Below are positions 1-11,000 of a stretch of DNA of 24,059 nucleotides, in pieces. Origin of the DNA: a virus (Duplodnaviria; Caudoviricetes); IMG/VR virus record IMGVR_UViG_3300025665_000352, positions 1-24,059 of that record; one strand, 5' to 3'. Both the position numbers and the translations under genes were made by a program. The notes below the pieces were generated by a model that had not been told where the DNA came from, did no database searches, and worked only from the letters and a program-made list of their open reading frames with translations. The first letter of the stretch is position 1; each line of letters starts with the position of its first letter.

Positions 1-2
1 CA

Positions 3-149
3 GCAGCGTTGACGGGTCTGGAAACGTGGGATGTCACCACTCAGACGGAGGCAGAAGCGTTGACGTTCTGCCAGCAGTTCTACGCCGATGCCGCCGTTAT
101 GGCTGACGGGCGCATCTCAGGGCCACCACCGCCAGAGGAACCTGTGTAA
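3..149 (+). CDS. 3' end of an upstream phage protein (partial, ...AALTGLETWDVTTQTEAEALTFCQQFYADAAVMADGRISGPPPPEEPV*)
   Basis: Open frame from window edge to TAA 147-149; the stop overlaps the next ATG (TAATG), as at other junctions in the operon. Confidence 0.6.
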   Translation, partial: AALTGLETWDVTTQTEAEALTFCQQFYADAAVMADGRISGPPPPEEPV

Positions 150-193
150 TGGAATGGATCGGGTTCGCAGGGCTGATCGCCGCAGGTAGATAA
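149..193 (+). pseudogene. 14-codon mini-ORF MEWIGFAGLIAAGR*, truncated paralog of the 22334-22561 membrane protein
   Basis: Manual translation; EWIGFAGLI vs EWVGFAGLI at the N-terminus of 22334-22561; TAATG-coupled to the upstream gene and ends 1 nt before ATG 195. Confidence 0.65.
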
Positions 194-194
194 C

Positions 195-854
195 ATGGCG
201 GTTCAGTATCGCCAAACAGGCGTAACATACCGCGATACCGCCTACAACTACGACGGCGGTGATGCGCTACCAGAATACCGTAAGGCTGGGTGGACGTACC
301 GCGAATCAGGGCGCACCTATCGGGGTAACGAGATTCACGCGGTTTCGGCATCGTTGTCTGCTGTCGCTACGGTTGCAGCAGCAGCCACATCGTCGCTTGG
401 TCTGGCAGCGAACCTGTCTGCCTCAGCGACGGTAACGGCTTCAGCGATTGAGGTCGCATCTGTAACAGTAAATGTTTCGGGTTCGGGTTCTGTTTCTGCG
501 GCAGCGCAGATGACTAACTTTGTGTCGGCAGCATTGTCGGCTGTTGGTTCTACTCTTTCTGTAGCGATTGAAGAAGCGTTCATTGTTGCTTCTCTGTCCG
601 GTGTGGCAACGGTTGCTGCGGCAGCGGTTACAGAGCGACCGATCACGGGTAGCGTTTCTGGGGCGGGATCTGTTTCTGGGACAGTTGTTCAGAAACATTT
701 TGTTACGGTTTCGTCTACTGGTGTGGCGACGGTTACTGGTGTAGCGGTTTGGTATAAGCCAAACCCGGATGTGACTATTGCAGTTGCGTTACAAGATGAT
801 GTTACACTTGTAACCGAATTGTTGGATAACGTGGTTCTTTCTGTGGGGGTCTGA
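195..854 (+). CDS. Putative virion structural/fibre-like protein with seven 20-aa Ala/Ser/Val repeats
   Basis: 219 aa ORF; Tyr-periodic N-terminus (YRxxGxTYR twice); 20-residue period LSAVATVAAAA.../LSASATVTASA.../VSGSGSVSAAA...; TGATG coupling to the next gene. Confidence 0.6.
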   Translation: MAVQYRQTGVTYRDTAYNYDGGDALPEYRKAGWTYRESGRTYRGNEIHAVSASLSAVATVAAAATSSLGLAANLSASATVTASAIEVASVTVNVSGSGSVSAAAQMTNFVSAALSAVGSTLSVAIEEAFIVASLSGVATVAAAAVTERPITGSVSGAGSVSGTVVQKHFVTVSSTGVATVTGVAVWYKPNPDVTIAVALQDDVTLVTELLDNVVLSVGV

Positions 855-1129
855 TGGCTACATACGATAAAGACGACAGGGTACGGGTTACTGCGACGTT
901 TACGTCTGGTGGAACGGATGCGAATACTGATGCAGTTGCAACCCATCGCAAACCGGATACGACTGATACGACGTTATCTACAACAAATAGTGCGACTGGT
1001 ATTTACTATGCGAATGTTGATTTGGATCAGATAGGTACGCATACAATTAAATTTACTGGTACTACGCCGGTTAAAGCGATGGAGGTCGTGGAGTTGAAAG
1101 TCGGCAAATCCGTATTTGACCACGCGTGA
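854..1129 (+). CDS. Small beta-rich (Ig-like) phage protein
   Basis: 91 aa, alternating beta-strand pattern (VRVTATFT, TGIYYANVDLDQIGTHTIKFTGT); coupled at both ends (TGATG, GTGA). Confidence 0.6.
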   Translation: MATYDKDDRVRVTATFTSGGTDANTDAVATHRKPDTTDTTLSTTNSATGIYYANVDLDQIGTHTIKFTGTTPVKAMEVVELKVGKSVFDHA

Positions 1130-2844
1130 AGAAACTTGCCTACGTTCTGCCGGATCCGAACCCGGCTAAAAACAGAGGCGAAGCGAACCGTGCCATCTTT
1201 CTGGCTGGTTTGGAAGAACACGGCAAAATAAGTAAAGCATGCGCCATCGCAGGTGTCACTAGGTCCGCTTACGACAAGTGGCGGCAACGCATACCCGGCT
1301 TTTCGGAGAAAGCAGACGCTATCCGCCACAAAGCCCTCCTTGAAGGCGGCTTGGAAACGTGGGATGGAACCTTCGCTGGGTTCAGAGGCGAATACTTCGG
1401 TCACATGTCGCCGTTCTTTCACATCGAAGCAATAAACGCTTACGAGAACACACCGCCGGGCAACATTACCCTCATTTTGTGGCCTCCGGAGCATGGCAAA
1501 ACTACTTTGGCGGAGGATTACTTCTGCAACAAGTTGGCTATCAACCCTGAGTTCCGTATCACCGTCGGTTCAGAAGGCACAGACATGGCACGCAAAATAC
1601 TTGGTCGTATCCGTGCCCGCATGGAACCTCACGGCCCGTTTCCACGGTATGTCGCCAAGTTTGGGCCGTTTGTGCCGCAAAACCAGTCGGGGTTTAAGAC
1701 TGGGCAGCCGTGGGGTGCCGACTATTTCAATGTGTTTAAGAAGCAGGCGCATGACGAACGCGATTATTCGATGGTTGGGTTGGGGTGGCGGTCAAAGATT
1801 GCTGGTACCCGCACCGATCATCTCCACATTGACGATATCCAATCTAGGGTGTCTCTCAATTTGACTGAACAGATGTTCGATGTGTTTCGGCAGGATTGGT
1901 TGACTCGTCCCGGTGAGAAGGGGCGTACAACAATTAATGGTACCCGTGTCGGATCGGATGACTTCTATGAGCGGGTGATGGAAGAGATTGATCCCGACAT
2001 TTTGCAGGTAATCAAATTTCCTGCAATTATTACTGGCGATAATGACGAACCGGAGCCTTTGTGGCCGGATATGTTTACGTTGGAGTCGTTGGATCGTATT
2101 AAACGCAAGGTGGGGGAGGAGGCTTGGTCACGGAACTATATGCAGGAACCGACTTCTTCTCAATCTGCTACATTTACGGATGATTCTATCCAAAAATGTC
2201 TCAATCCGTTGAGGTCGGTGACCCATGACCCACCCGAAAACTGTAGTGTTTATATCGGCCTTGATCCTGCTCTTGGTTCAAACAACTGTGTGGTGGCTGC
2301 TACGCCGCATGAAGGTAAACTTAAAATTCTTTTCATTCGAGAGGATACTGGGTTAACTCGCAACGAACAGATCCTCGGTGTTGTCGAGGACGCTATTCTT
2401 CGCTGTCTCAAAAATGGGTCAACTGTTTCAGATGTGATCATCGAAGCAATGGTTTTCCAGAAAGGGTTGTCTAGAGATGAACGTCTAGTGGAGATGACTC
2501 AACGTTACGGCTTTCGGGTGCGGGAACATTTGACCGGGGTCAATAAGTACGATGAGTCGATAGGTGTCCCGTCGATGGCGTTGTCGTTTATGCGTGAAGA
2601 GATCGAGATCCCCTATGCAGACGATGGCCCGACTCGCCATCAGGCCGATCAGTTGATTCGCCAGTTGAAAGCGTGGCGACCTTTGAAGCGTGGAACGAGG
2701 CTGCGTCAAGATCAGGTTATGGCGTTGTGGTTTATTTGGATACTTTGGCGGCAACGTAAGCAAACATTTGATGTAGACTCTTCACAATTCAGATTTAATG
2801 GACTACCGTGGAAGTCATCTATGGCTTCCAATAGGGCGTTTTAA
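1126..2844 (+). CDS. terL: Terminase large subunit with N-terminal TerS-like HTH
   Basis: Walker A-like WPPEHGKTT, Walker B-like LHIDD, coupling motif region GTR, YMQEP, RNase H-like nuclease start YIGLDPA, terminal DQVMALW; N-terminal FLAGLEEHGKISKACAIAGVTRSAYDKWR HTH pattern. Confidence 0.92.
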   Translation: MKKLAYVLPDPNPAKNRGEANRAIFLAGLEEHGKISKACAIAGVTRSAYDKWRQRIPGFSEKADAIRHKALLEGGLETWDGTFAGFRGEYFGHMSPFFHIEAINAYENTPPGNITLILWPPEHGKTTLAEDYFCNKLAINPEFRITVGSEGTDMARKILGRIRARMEPHGPFPRYVAKFGPFVPQNQSGFKTGQPWGADYFNVFKKQAHDERDYSMVGLGWRSKIAGTRTDHLHIDDIQSRVSLNLTEQMFDVFRQDWLTRPGEKGRTTINGTRVGSDDFYERVMEEIDPDILQVIKFPAIITGDNDEPEPLWPDMFTLESLDRIKRKVGEEAWSRNYMQEPTSSQSATFTDDSIQKCLNPLRSVTHDPPENCSVYIGLDPALGSNNCVVAATPHEGKLKILFIREDTGLTRNEQILGVVEDAILRCLKNGSTVSDVIIEAMVFQKGLSRDERLVEMTQRYGFRVREHLTGVNKYDESIGVPSMALSFMREEIEIPYADDGPTRHQADQLIRQLKAWRPLKRGTRLRQDQVMALWFIWILWRQRKQTFDVDSSQFRFNGLPWKSSMASNRAF

Positions 2845-4649
2845 TGTATACTTTCGATGAGATAGTCGGGATTGTCCGGTTGAGGCAAGACAATCAGTCT
2901 CCCCTTTTGGAACGAATGCTTCAGGTTCAGGAGCGTTACAACGGCGACTATGTTATTCCGTTGCCGTCGATGGACAACGAACCGGTGTTGCCTCCGTTGA
3001 CTCCTGCATTGATCGCAGAGAATGTCGATGCGGTAGCGCAGCGTGCAGCGTCGGTTGTGCCGTTTATTGGTTGCCCGGCTATTGACGAGTCGAAGGAACG
3101 CGGTGTTCGTTCACGGGAGTATGCCGATATTCGCCGTCGGGCGTTGGCTTCTACTTGGTACCAGTCGAAATATAAGGTGAAGATCCGTCGCGCATATAGG
3201 CATCTAGCCGGGTATGCGACTACTTGTCTGATTGTGACACCTGATTTTGATAAGGGTGTACCGCGTATTGATGTACGGGATCCGTTGGGTGTGTACCCGG
3301 AGCCGTCTTCTTACGACGATTATGATCCTCCGGCGAATTGTGCATTCGTGTACGGCAAGTCGGGCGGCTGGTTGCGGAGGCATTATCCGGCTGCCCGCCG
3401 GGAAAATGGTGGCCCGGTTCCTCCTGAGGAGCAGTCGAATCAGGAATTGTGGGATGTTGTCGAGTGGGTCGATGAGGACCATATCGTTATCGGTATCATG
3501 GGGCCAAGGTATTCTCATACTCAGGCGTATCCGCTGCATTCGACACAGATCGAATTGTCTCGCACTAAGAACAAGGCAGGGATGCCGTGTGTGATCACAC
3601 CGGGTCGGATCACGTTGGATCGTATCGCGTCGTCTATTTCTAACGTCGTCGGCATTGTTGATCTGATGTCGAAGATGATGGCGTTGGATATCATGGCGCA
3701 GGAGAAGGCAATCTTCCCCGATAGGTATATAATTGGCCGTTCGGGTCAGGTGCCGATGATCGTCGGTGGGGAGTGGAAAGACGGTCGCGAAGGCGAAGTC
3801 AATATTCTGCTAGACGCTGAACAAATCGGAGAACTCCGCTCGGCACCTGACCCATCCACAAACGTGGCGATCGACCGATTGGAACGCAATGCACGGATCT
3901 CTACCGGAACGGTACCTCAAATTGGTGGTGAAACATATGGGGCTTTGCGTACCGGACGAGGTATCGACGCTCTCATGGGGGCAGCGTTGGACCCTCGTAT
4001 CCAAGAGATGCAAGAAATTATGGAGGCGCATCTTCCTCATTTGAACGAGTCGTTGTTCGCGACTTACAAAGGGTATTTCGGGTCGAAGAAGTTTTCGATG
4101 TTCACTGGTTACGCTGGCGATTTCGGTCAGGTTAATTTCACACCGAATGAACACTTTGAAACATTCGACAATGTTGTATCGCATTCGATACCGGGTGCCG
4201 ACATTCAGGCTACGACAATTCAGTTGGGCCAGTTGTTGGGCATGAAAGGGATTAGTCTTAGAACGTTCAGGACTAAGCATCCGTTTATTGAGGATGCTGA
4301 AGCGGAAGGCAGGCGTGTCGATGAGGAACAGTTGGAGGAAGCGGTTATGGCTGCGATCCAGCAGCAGGCTTTGTCGGGTCAGTTGCCTGTGGTGTATGTC
4401 TCTAAGATTGAGAAGCATCGTAAGAAGGGGTTGGATATTTTTGCTGCGATTGAGAAGGCTGATGCTGAGATAAGGGAGGAGCAGGCTGCTGCTGCTCCGC
4501 CTCCGGGTGAGGGTCAGGTGATTGCTCCTGAGCAGGCTGCTGGTTTGGCGGCTGGCCCTGAGGGTATGGCTCCGCAACAGGCTCCACCGTCGGGAGAGTT
4601 TTCTCCTGAGGCTGCGCAACAGTTGGTTAGTGCGCTGAGGGCTGGCTGA
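2844..4649 (+). CDS. Portal (head-tail connector) protein
   Basis: 601 aa directly after terL (TAATG); portal-like segments (RDPLGVYP, late TGRGIDAL...IQEMQEI helix); Pro/Ala/Gln-rich C-terminal tail. Confidence 0.8.
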   Translation: MYTFDEIVGIVRLRQDNQSPLLERMLQVQERYNGDYVIPLPSMDNEPVLPPLTPALIAENVDAVAQRAASVVPFIGCPAIDESKERGVRSREYADIRRRALASTWYQSKYKVKIRRAYRHLAGYATTCLIVTPDFDKGVPRIDVRDPLGVYPEPSSYDDYDPPANCAFVYGKSGGWLRRHYPAARRENGGPVPPEEQSNQELWDVVEWVDEDHIVIGIMGPRYSHTQAYPLHSTQIELSRTKNKAGMPCVITPGRITLDRIASSISNVVGIVDLMSKMMALDIMAQEKAIFPDRYIIGRSGQVPMIVGGEWKDGREGEVNILLDAEQIGELRSAPDPSTNVAIDRLERNARISTGTVPQIGGETYGALRTGRGIDALMGAALDPRIQEMQEIMEAHLPHLNESLFATYKGYFGSKKFSMFTGYAGDFGQVNFTPNEHFETFDNVVSHSIPGADIQATTIQLGQLLGMKGISLRTFRTKHPFIEDAEAEGRRVDEEQLEEAVMAAIQQQALSGQLPVVYVSKIEKHRKKGLDIFAAIEKADAEIREEQAAAAPPPGEGQVIAPEQAAGLAAGPEGMAPQQAPPSGEFSPEAAQQLVSALRAG

Positions 4650-5017
4650 TGCCCCGCAGGAAGAAGACTCAGCCAGCGCAGGCTCCGGGGTTGGAGGCTG
4701 GCGCGGCTTACGGTGAAGCGGGTGCGAACCTTGCTGCTCAAGATCCGGCGCAGGGTGGTATCCCGTTGCCTGCTGGGGGTGGCCCTGTTACGGCCCCCCC
4801 GCCGCAGCCTCAGCAGCGCCCGTTGCCTGTTGAAGCGGCACGCGGATTTAATCCACAGATAACACCGTTGACAGCCCCCGGCGAAGGGCGAAATATTCCA
4901 ACAACGCTGCCTCGCATCACTTCCGAACAACGATCGGCAGACTTGTTGCGCAATTGGGCTGCCGCTACAGGTGATCCCCTTATGGCGCAGTCGGCGCAGC
5001 AACTCGGGCAGTTGTAA
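4649..5017 (+). CDS. Pro/Ala/Gln-rich hypothetical protein downstream of portal
   Basis: 122 aa, coupled both sides (TGATG, TAATG), GAAYGE motif, low complexity. Confidence 0.7.
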   Translation: MPRRKKTQPAQAPGLEAGAAYGEAGANLAAQDPAQGGIPLPAGGGPVTAPPPQPQQRPLPVEAARGFNPQITPLTAPGEGRNIPTTLPRITSEQRSADLLRNWAAATGDPLMAQSAQQLGQL

Positions 5018-8000
5018 TGGCCGGGGTTTCTCCGGTTCGCCGCGAATATGTGCGCATTGGGTCGGTACCTAACAGCGCAGTAAACGACGAATACTACGGT
5101 CGCCGTATGCAGATGCTTATATCTGCGGGCGCTGGACGGTTCCTTGACGTAGATCCGGATTCGTTGGTGGGTTTGGCTGCTGGCCCTGATTCTGATGAAG
5201 ACATGATGGATGTCTTCTTGGGGGCGTTTGATCAGAACGAATTTAATTCGATGCGGCAACGATTTGAAGCGATGCCGACTCAGATGCAGCGAGCAGAATT
5301 TAATCTGCTACCAGTGAAGACACAAAATTTGTTGCGTGGAACCGGGTATCAGTTCCCGGAAGAAAAAGATCCTGAAGGACTGTTGAAGCGGATCTTTACT
5401 TGGGACATTCCACTATTGCCTGAAGAACATTTTGGCACCGCAGTAAAGATCGGCATGGCTCCGATTCGTGCTGTTGGATTTGGACTCGGAACTGTTGCCC
5501 GCAACGTGTGGGAATTCGGAATAATGAAACCATCCCGGTTTGCCACACGCACAGGCCGGTCGCTGGCGTTCATGGGGCAACGCGATAAAGGGGACTTCTC
5601 GAATCCTGCCCGGTGGCGCGACGCGTGGAATAAGACGCGGCTAGAGGATGATTCATACTATCAGTCCACGTTGGATGCGGCTATCGAAAAGGTTGGTGGT
5701 GGACAGGTTGACCTGATGCGGATCTTTCTCCGTGACGGTGGGCAAGGTGTCTACGATCATTTGGCTGAACGGGGCACAGAGTTTGGGTACGCACCTGAAC
5801 AGATAGCAGAGCAATACCAGAAATGGTATGACGACCTTGCCAGCCCTGCGAATACTGAAGCGTTGGAGATTCTTGATTCTGGGCGGTTAACAATCGCGGA
5901 TGCGTCGGTGAAGGCATGGAACCGGTACGGCGTGTGGGATGTTACACCGGGAACAAAGCCTGCCGCTGTTGTCGGAATGGTCGGGTCTTTGGCTGTGGAA
6001 ATCCTATTGGATCCGACGACATGGGTTGGCGGATTCTGGACCAAGATTGCTAAGGTCGCCAAGTTCGGCCACCGTGCCAAAGATGGTGCCGAATTGCTGG
6101 ACTTTATGCGACGCGGGACACTGTTGGAACGTGCTGCGTCTGAAGCCGGATTCGATGCGTTCAGCAAAATTCAGGTTCTTAATCGTGTAACAGGTGAGTA
6201 CACGGATGGGTTGGCCGGGATTAAAGAGTGGATGAAGTCCACTGGAACAAATGTGTTGGGTAGAACCAATTTCGGTATCCGGTCGCAGTTCCGTGCAATC
6301 AATCGGATGATTGACAGAGTAACGGATGCGTTTAAAGAACTAGATGAAATCGAAGTTTTCAAGCAGGGTATTCGTGACAGCGCCGACGAAGTTGTTAGCG
6401 GCAGAGAGATCAGAGCAGCGGTTACGGAACAGTTCGGACAAGGAACTAAGTTGGATGCGTTGCTGCGCGATATGCCTGCATTGAATCAGGTGATCGACTC
6501 GATGCGCAACTGGCATTTCGCGCAGAAGCGCATGGTGCTCGCAGTTGATGACGAGTCCGGCGAGTTGGTTCGTAAGTTTATTTCGGCTGTGGATGAGGTG
6601 GATGAGGTTCCGCTGATCACAACTGGAACTGCGCCGACGCTTGCTGACGAGCAGGGTTTCTGGGAGTTTCTCGCGGATGATGCCGGGTGGATGGCTCTAG
6701 CGAAGCCGTTGGGGCGAACCGATCCCGAAGCACTGTTCCTGCCTCGCATCGGCGCGTTCGGTGCGAAATGGATGGGTGCCAAAAAGTATATGCGGGAGAT
6801 TCTCGACTTTGAAGACTTCCCGCTTGCCGTTAAGGCGGATATGGCGCGGATGACTTCAAAGTATTTAGCGAAGCAAAGCGATTACGTTCACAGCAAGATC
6901 TTTGGTGATATCCAAGAAGGCACGCTTACGCTGTCAAAGCCTATAGACGAAGACACGCTATTCAATATTTTGCGTGATCCGTCACAGGACCATATGACAA
7001 GGCTTGGGTTGACTTCGGATGACTGGCTGAAGATTGACGAATACATTGATCTTCACCAGTCAAATGCTTCTCAGGTAATTCTTGAAGATAGCGAATTGTC
7101 GGATCTGCTGAACTATTACTTGCATGATGGATTCGAGATCCGTCTTGACAAGGAAGGTGTCCGCCGACTACTTCCCAAAAAGGGGCCGGACCTTATTCCG
7201 TTCTCGGGTGCAGCCAAAGCGGCGAGAAGGTATTACAAGAATCGCATCCATCCTCCCGGTAGTGCCAACGCAGAGTTGACATGGCTGGAAGAAATTGGTG
7301 CTATGGGTGGTGCGGCAGCAGCCGGGTTGGCGTACTATCCGGCGCGGTTCGCTGAGAAACTAACAACGTATGTGCCTAAGTCTACGTTGCTTGATGTCAC
7401 CGATGCCGATACCGCAGTTAAAGAATTCACGGCGCTTATCGACATGGGTGTCATGTCGGGGATGCCGCGCAGACAGATCGATCAGTATCTCCGCACGTTC
7501 GTTATGGGGAACGAGTCGGAACGGTGGCTTGTCCAACATGACTTCTTCCTAGATTTTATTGGACGCACAGGTGCGCTGGTTCACGGTGGAAGCGACGTTC
7601 AGCAGTTCATACAAAGATTTATTCGCCACGGCAACCACCGCTACGCACAGTTGACTGACGACATGGTGGGTATCCACGGAATGAATGTTCCCCGTGCTGT
7701 GTTCCCCGGTGCAGAACACGGAGCGCAGTTGGCGCGTGCAAATATTATTCCGAACTATCGTGAACTAGGAGCCATTTCTCGTTACACGGCGTTTTACCGG
7801 ATGGCCGGATGGGGAATTCATTTGCCTGCGATAGATAAGTTTTTGGCGAGGACTTGGCGACCAGCCGTATTGTTGCGGCTGGGTTATGTCGCTCGTAATG
7901 GCGGCGAAGAGTTGTTCTCTTGGTGGCTGCGTGAAGGCCCTAAGCATTGGGTTAACCACAAGGTTGCTCGTGCCGCTGTCGATAAGCACGTTGTCTGGGA

Positions 8001-11000
8001 CGAGTACGGACGGAAGATTCTTAAAGAGATCAGTCCGGAAGAGCAGTTGCCGATTCTGTGGAAACCGTTTGCACGCTTGTGGCGGTCCTTTAATGAGATC
8101 GGCGGCGTTGGTGATTACGCGATTACGACGAAGGCGATCAAAGAGGCTGCCACAAATAACCCTAATTGGAAATTTATTAGCGATGAAGCCCGTGCGTCTT
8201 TGTTTGAGGCGAGCCGGGTCAAGGTCAAGAGAGGAGTCGAAGATACTCTTATAGGTGGTACGTCGCGGCGAATGTTTGAGTTCGCTAACGCGAAAGCAAA
8301 CGAGTTGAGTATGCTCGCAAATGATTTTATGGGGGTCGGAGCGTCCGGCAAGATGGCGCGCTGGTTGGGTAGAAAGATCGATAAGCAGCACGACGAACGC
8401 GCCACTGTTATTGCTGAAATGATGACTGATCCGACGATCCTTGATCAGCAAATGAAAGACATACTTGGAACGTTCGATAATTATATTAATCCCGATTCGG
8501 TTGATAGGGCGCTGCGAACGTCAGGGTTCGGCACGCCGGTTGATCTCGGGTTGCGGCTCCCGATGGATTACAGCACATCTGGGTTGGAATGGACAACGAC
8601 TGAAGCCGGAACAGAAATGGACGCGGTGCCTAAGAGCATCGCTGTTACACAGCGGCTCAACTATATGTCAGATCCAGAGGCTGTTGCGTATTTGCGAAGC
8701 ATGTCGCATTATGCGTCACCCCAGCAGGAAGCAACGTTGGCTCCGCTTGCAACGCAACTGGGGTTAGAGGTGGCAGCCGATCAAACAGCGTCGGCTGTTG
8801 TGTTGAAGCACTTGCAAACCAACCATAAGGATGCGTTGGAGGTGCTCGCTAAAGCATTCGATGCGAGGCCCACGGATCCGGATGCGTTGATTACTAAATT
8901 GACTGCAACGGATGCGTTTCTTGATAAGTTGCCAGAAGAGATACAGCCTGCATTCCGAGCGTTTCTTGAACCGGCACCCGGCGTAGATCAAAACCCGAAC
9001 GTCATAGCATTTCTGATAAGTGGGGTCGATCCCGCCAAGATCATTACCGACTACGACGATGCCGTGGTGCAGGCAAAACGGGCACTATTCAACGAGTTGA
9101 TGACGGTTCGTGGCGAACAGGCCGGGCGAAGTACCCACGCATCTAACATCGGTTTTGATGCAACGGGTGGACCGATCAGCGAGTCGTTGCCTGAGGGTGC
9201 TGCACGACTGTTTGTTCCAATGATTCCAGTAGAGCATGTTGATTCGCTAATCAGATTGTTGTCTGAAGGCGGCGGTGCACGGTTCCGGTGGTTCGATCAG
9301 TTTGTTGAGAAACTGGAGCACCGATTTGTAGAGATGGGGCTACCGGCAGGCGAGGCGTTTAAAGCAGCGCGGCTTCTTCAGCCTAGTCTGCGTGCCGATA
9401 CTGTTCATCACACTCCCGGCATTTATGCGATTCTGGCAGGATCGTGGACCGATGCGGGGATGCCACACATTCCGTTAATGACAGGTAGCGCCAATCCGGA
9501 TATTGCAGATGCGATAGCCAAAACGGTAACGGAAATGCTTGGTCCGATTTCTCGGCTAGAAGATCTTGGCCCCGATGCAGCATTTAGGCTGCGGTCCCGT
9601 ATTGGAACAATCGATGTCAACGCTGAAGAATTGTACGGTATCTCTCCCGCTCCCGGTCGTGTCGGTCTAAACGGTCCAACGATTACGCTTCGCCGTAACG
9701 GATTGCAAACCAGTATGTCTCATCCGGATGTTGCGGTGCGAGGCTATACCGGTCAGGGTTCGTCGTTCTTCGGATGGTCTCCAAGTGGCCCAACTGCGGC
9801 AGCGGACTTTGGGCCAAGGGGCATGAGCAGAGAAAAGATTATCGGTATTGGTGGCGAACATCTGATGTACCGTCGAGCAGATGGCGGCGTTCAGGGTGTG
9901 CAAATGATTAACGATACGCCGGTTACTTACGCGTCGAATACGTGGCGCAACAAGAAGACTGGCAGCACCATTATTCGCCGCGCTGGGGATGAGCGGGCGC
10001 AGCGCTGGTATACCGAGAATCCGGATGTGTGGGAAATGGTTGATACTCAGTTCACCGCACATAATGATTTCCACAATGCGATGCTGGAACTGACCGAACG
10101 CATGTCGCCAGAAATATTGGATCTGGTTTCGTCGGGGACGCGAACAGATGTTCCTGAAGTGTTCCTTCCGTGGATTCGTGAAGTTACACACGGCGATGAG
10201 ATCAGTACGCTGCGAGTTAACGCTTACGCCAATGATGCGAGTTGGTGGAATAAGGCCCCAGAGCGAGTCCTTGCGCTGAAGCCCATCGGGGATGAGGGCG
10301 GTGGGCTGGGTGAACGCATGGGCAAGGCGTGGAATACGTTGTTGCGCAATTGGTTCGACGGCGTGGTTAACCCAATGATCGGGGCGATGGTTCGGGAACC
10401 AATGTTTCAGCACTACTACCTGATTGCTTCTGAGCAGGTGGCTGGCATTAAGCGCAACTATTACCATACGAGGGGCGGCTTTCAGGCGCTTTCGGCACGG
10501 CTAGGTGATCTTGCTTCCTATGACGACGAAGGCCAGTTGGTTGTTGATTCGCTGAGAGGCTTTATCCGTCACGATTGGCAGTTGGCATGGATGGATCCTG
10601 ATGCTGCTATATCAAAGGTTGCGTTTGCAGTTGAAGGTGGCAACACGCAAGGATTCATTAAGACTGCCACTGAGGTAGTGGAGAGTGTCGAGCCGGGTCC
10701 GGTTCTGGATACGTTTGAAATGCTTATCCGGGCCGCTGAAGGAGATTCGCCTGCGATTCACGAGTTCTTCAGGTGGGCGAAAATACAAAAGAACCAGTTT
10801 GAGGCGCATAGAAATGTGTCGCTTCAGCGTGCGATGACTTTGACAAGCGCATTTATTGACGATCATCGCATTCGGTCGCAGTTCCAAGAAATGGTCGGGA
10901 CGATGATTCCGTTCTGGTTCGCAGAAGATCAGTTCCTTCGACGTATGGGTAGAGGCTTGAAACAGAATCCTCTCATGTTGCGTAACCTTCATTTGACAAT

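Noticed and set aside
3810-4619. Long minus-strand ORFs (269 aa here; also 7765-8451, 9667-10467, 11199-11945, 20174-20890)
   Set aside because: Antisense shadows of well-supported plus-strand genes; no recognisable motifs.
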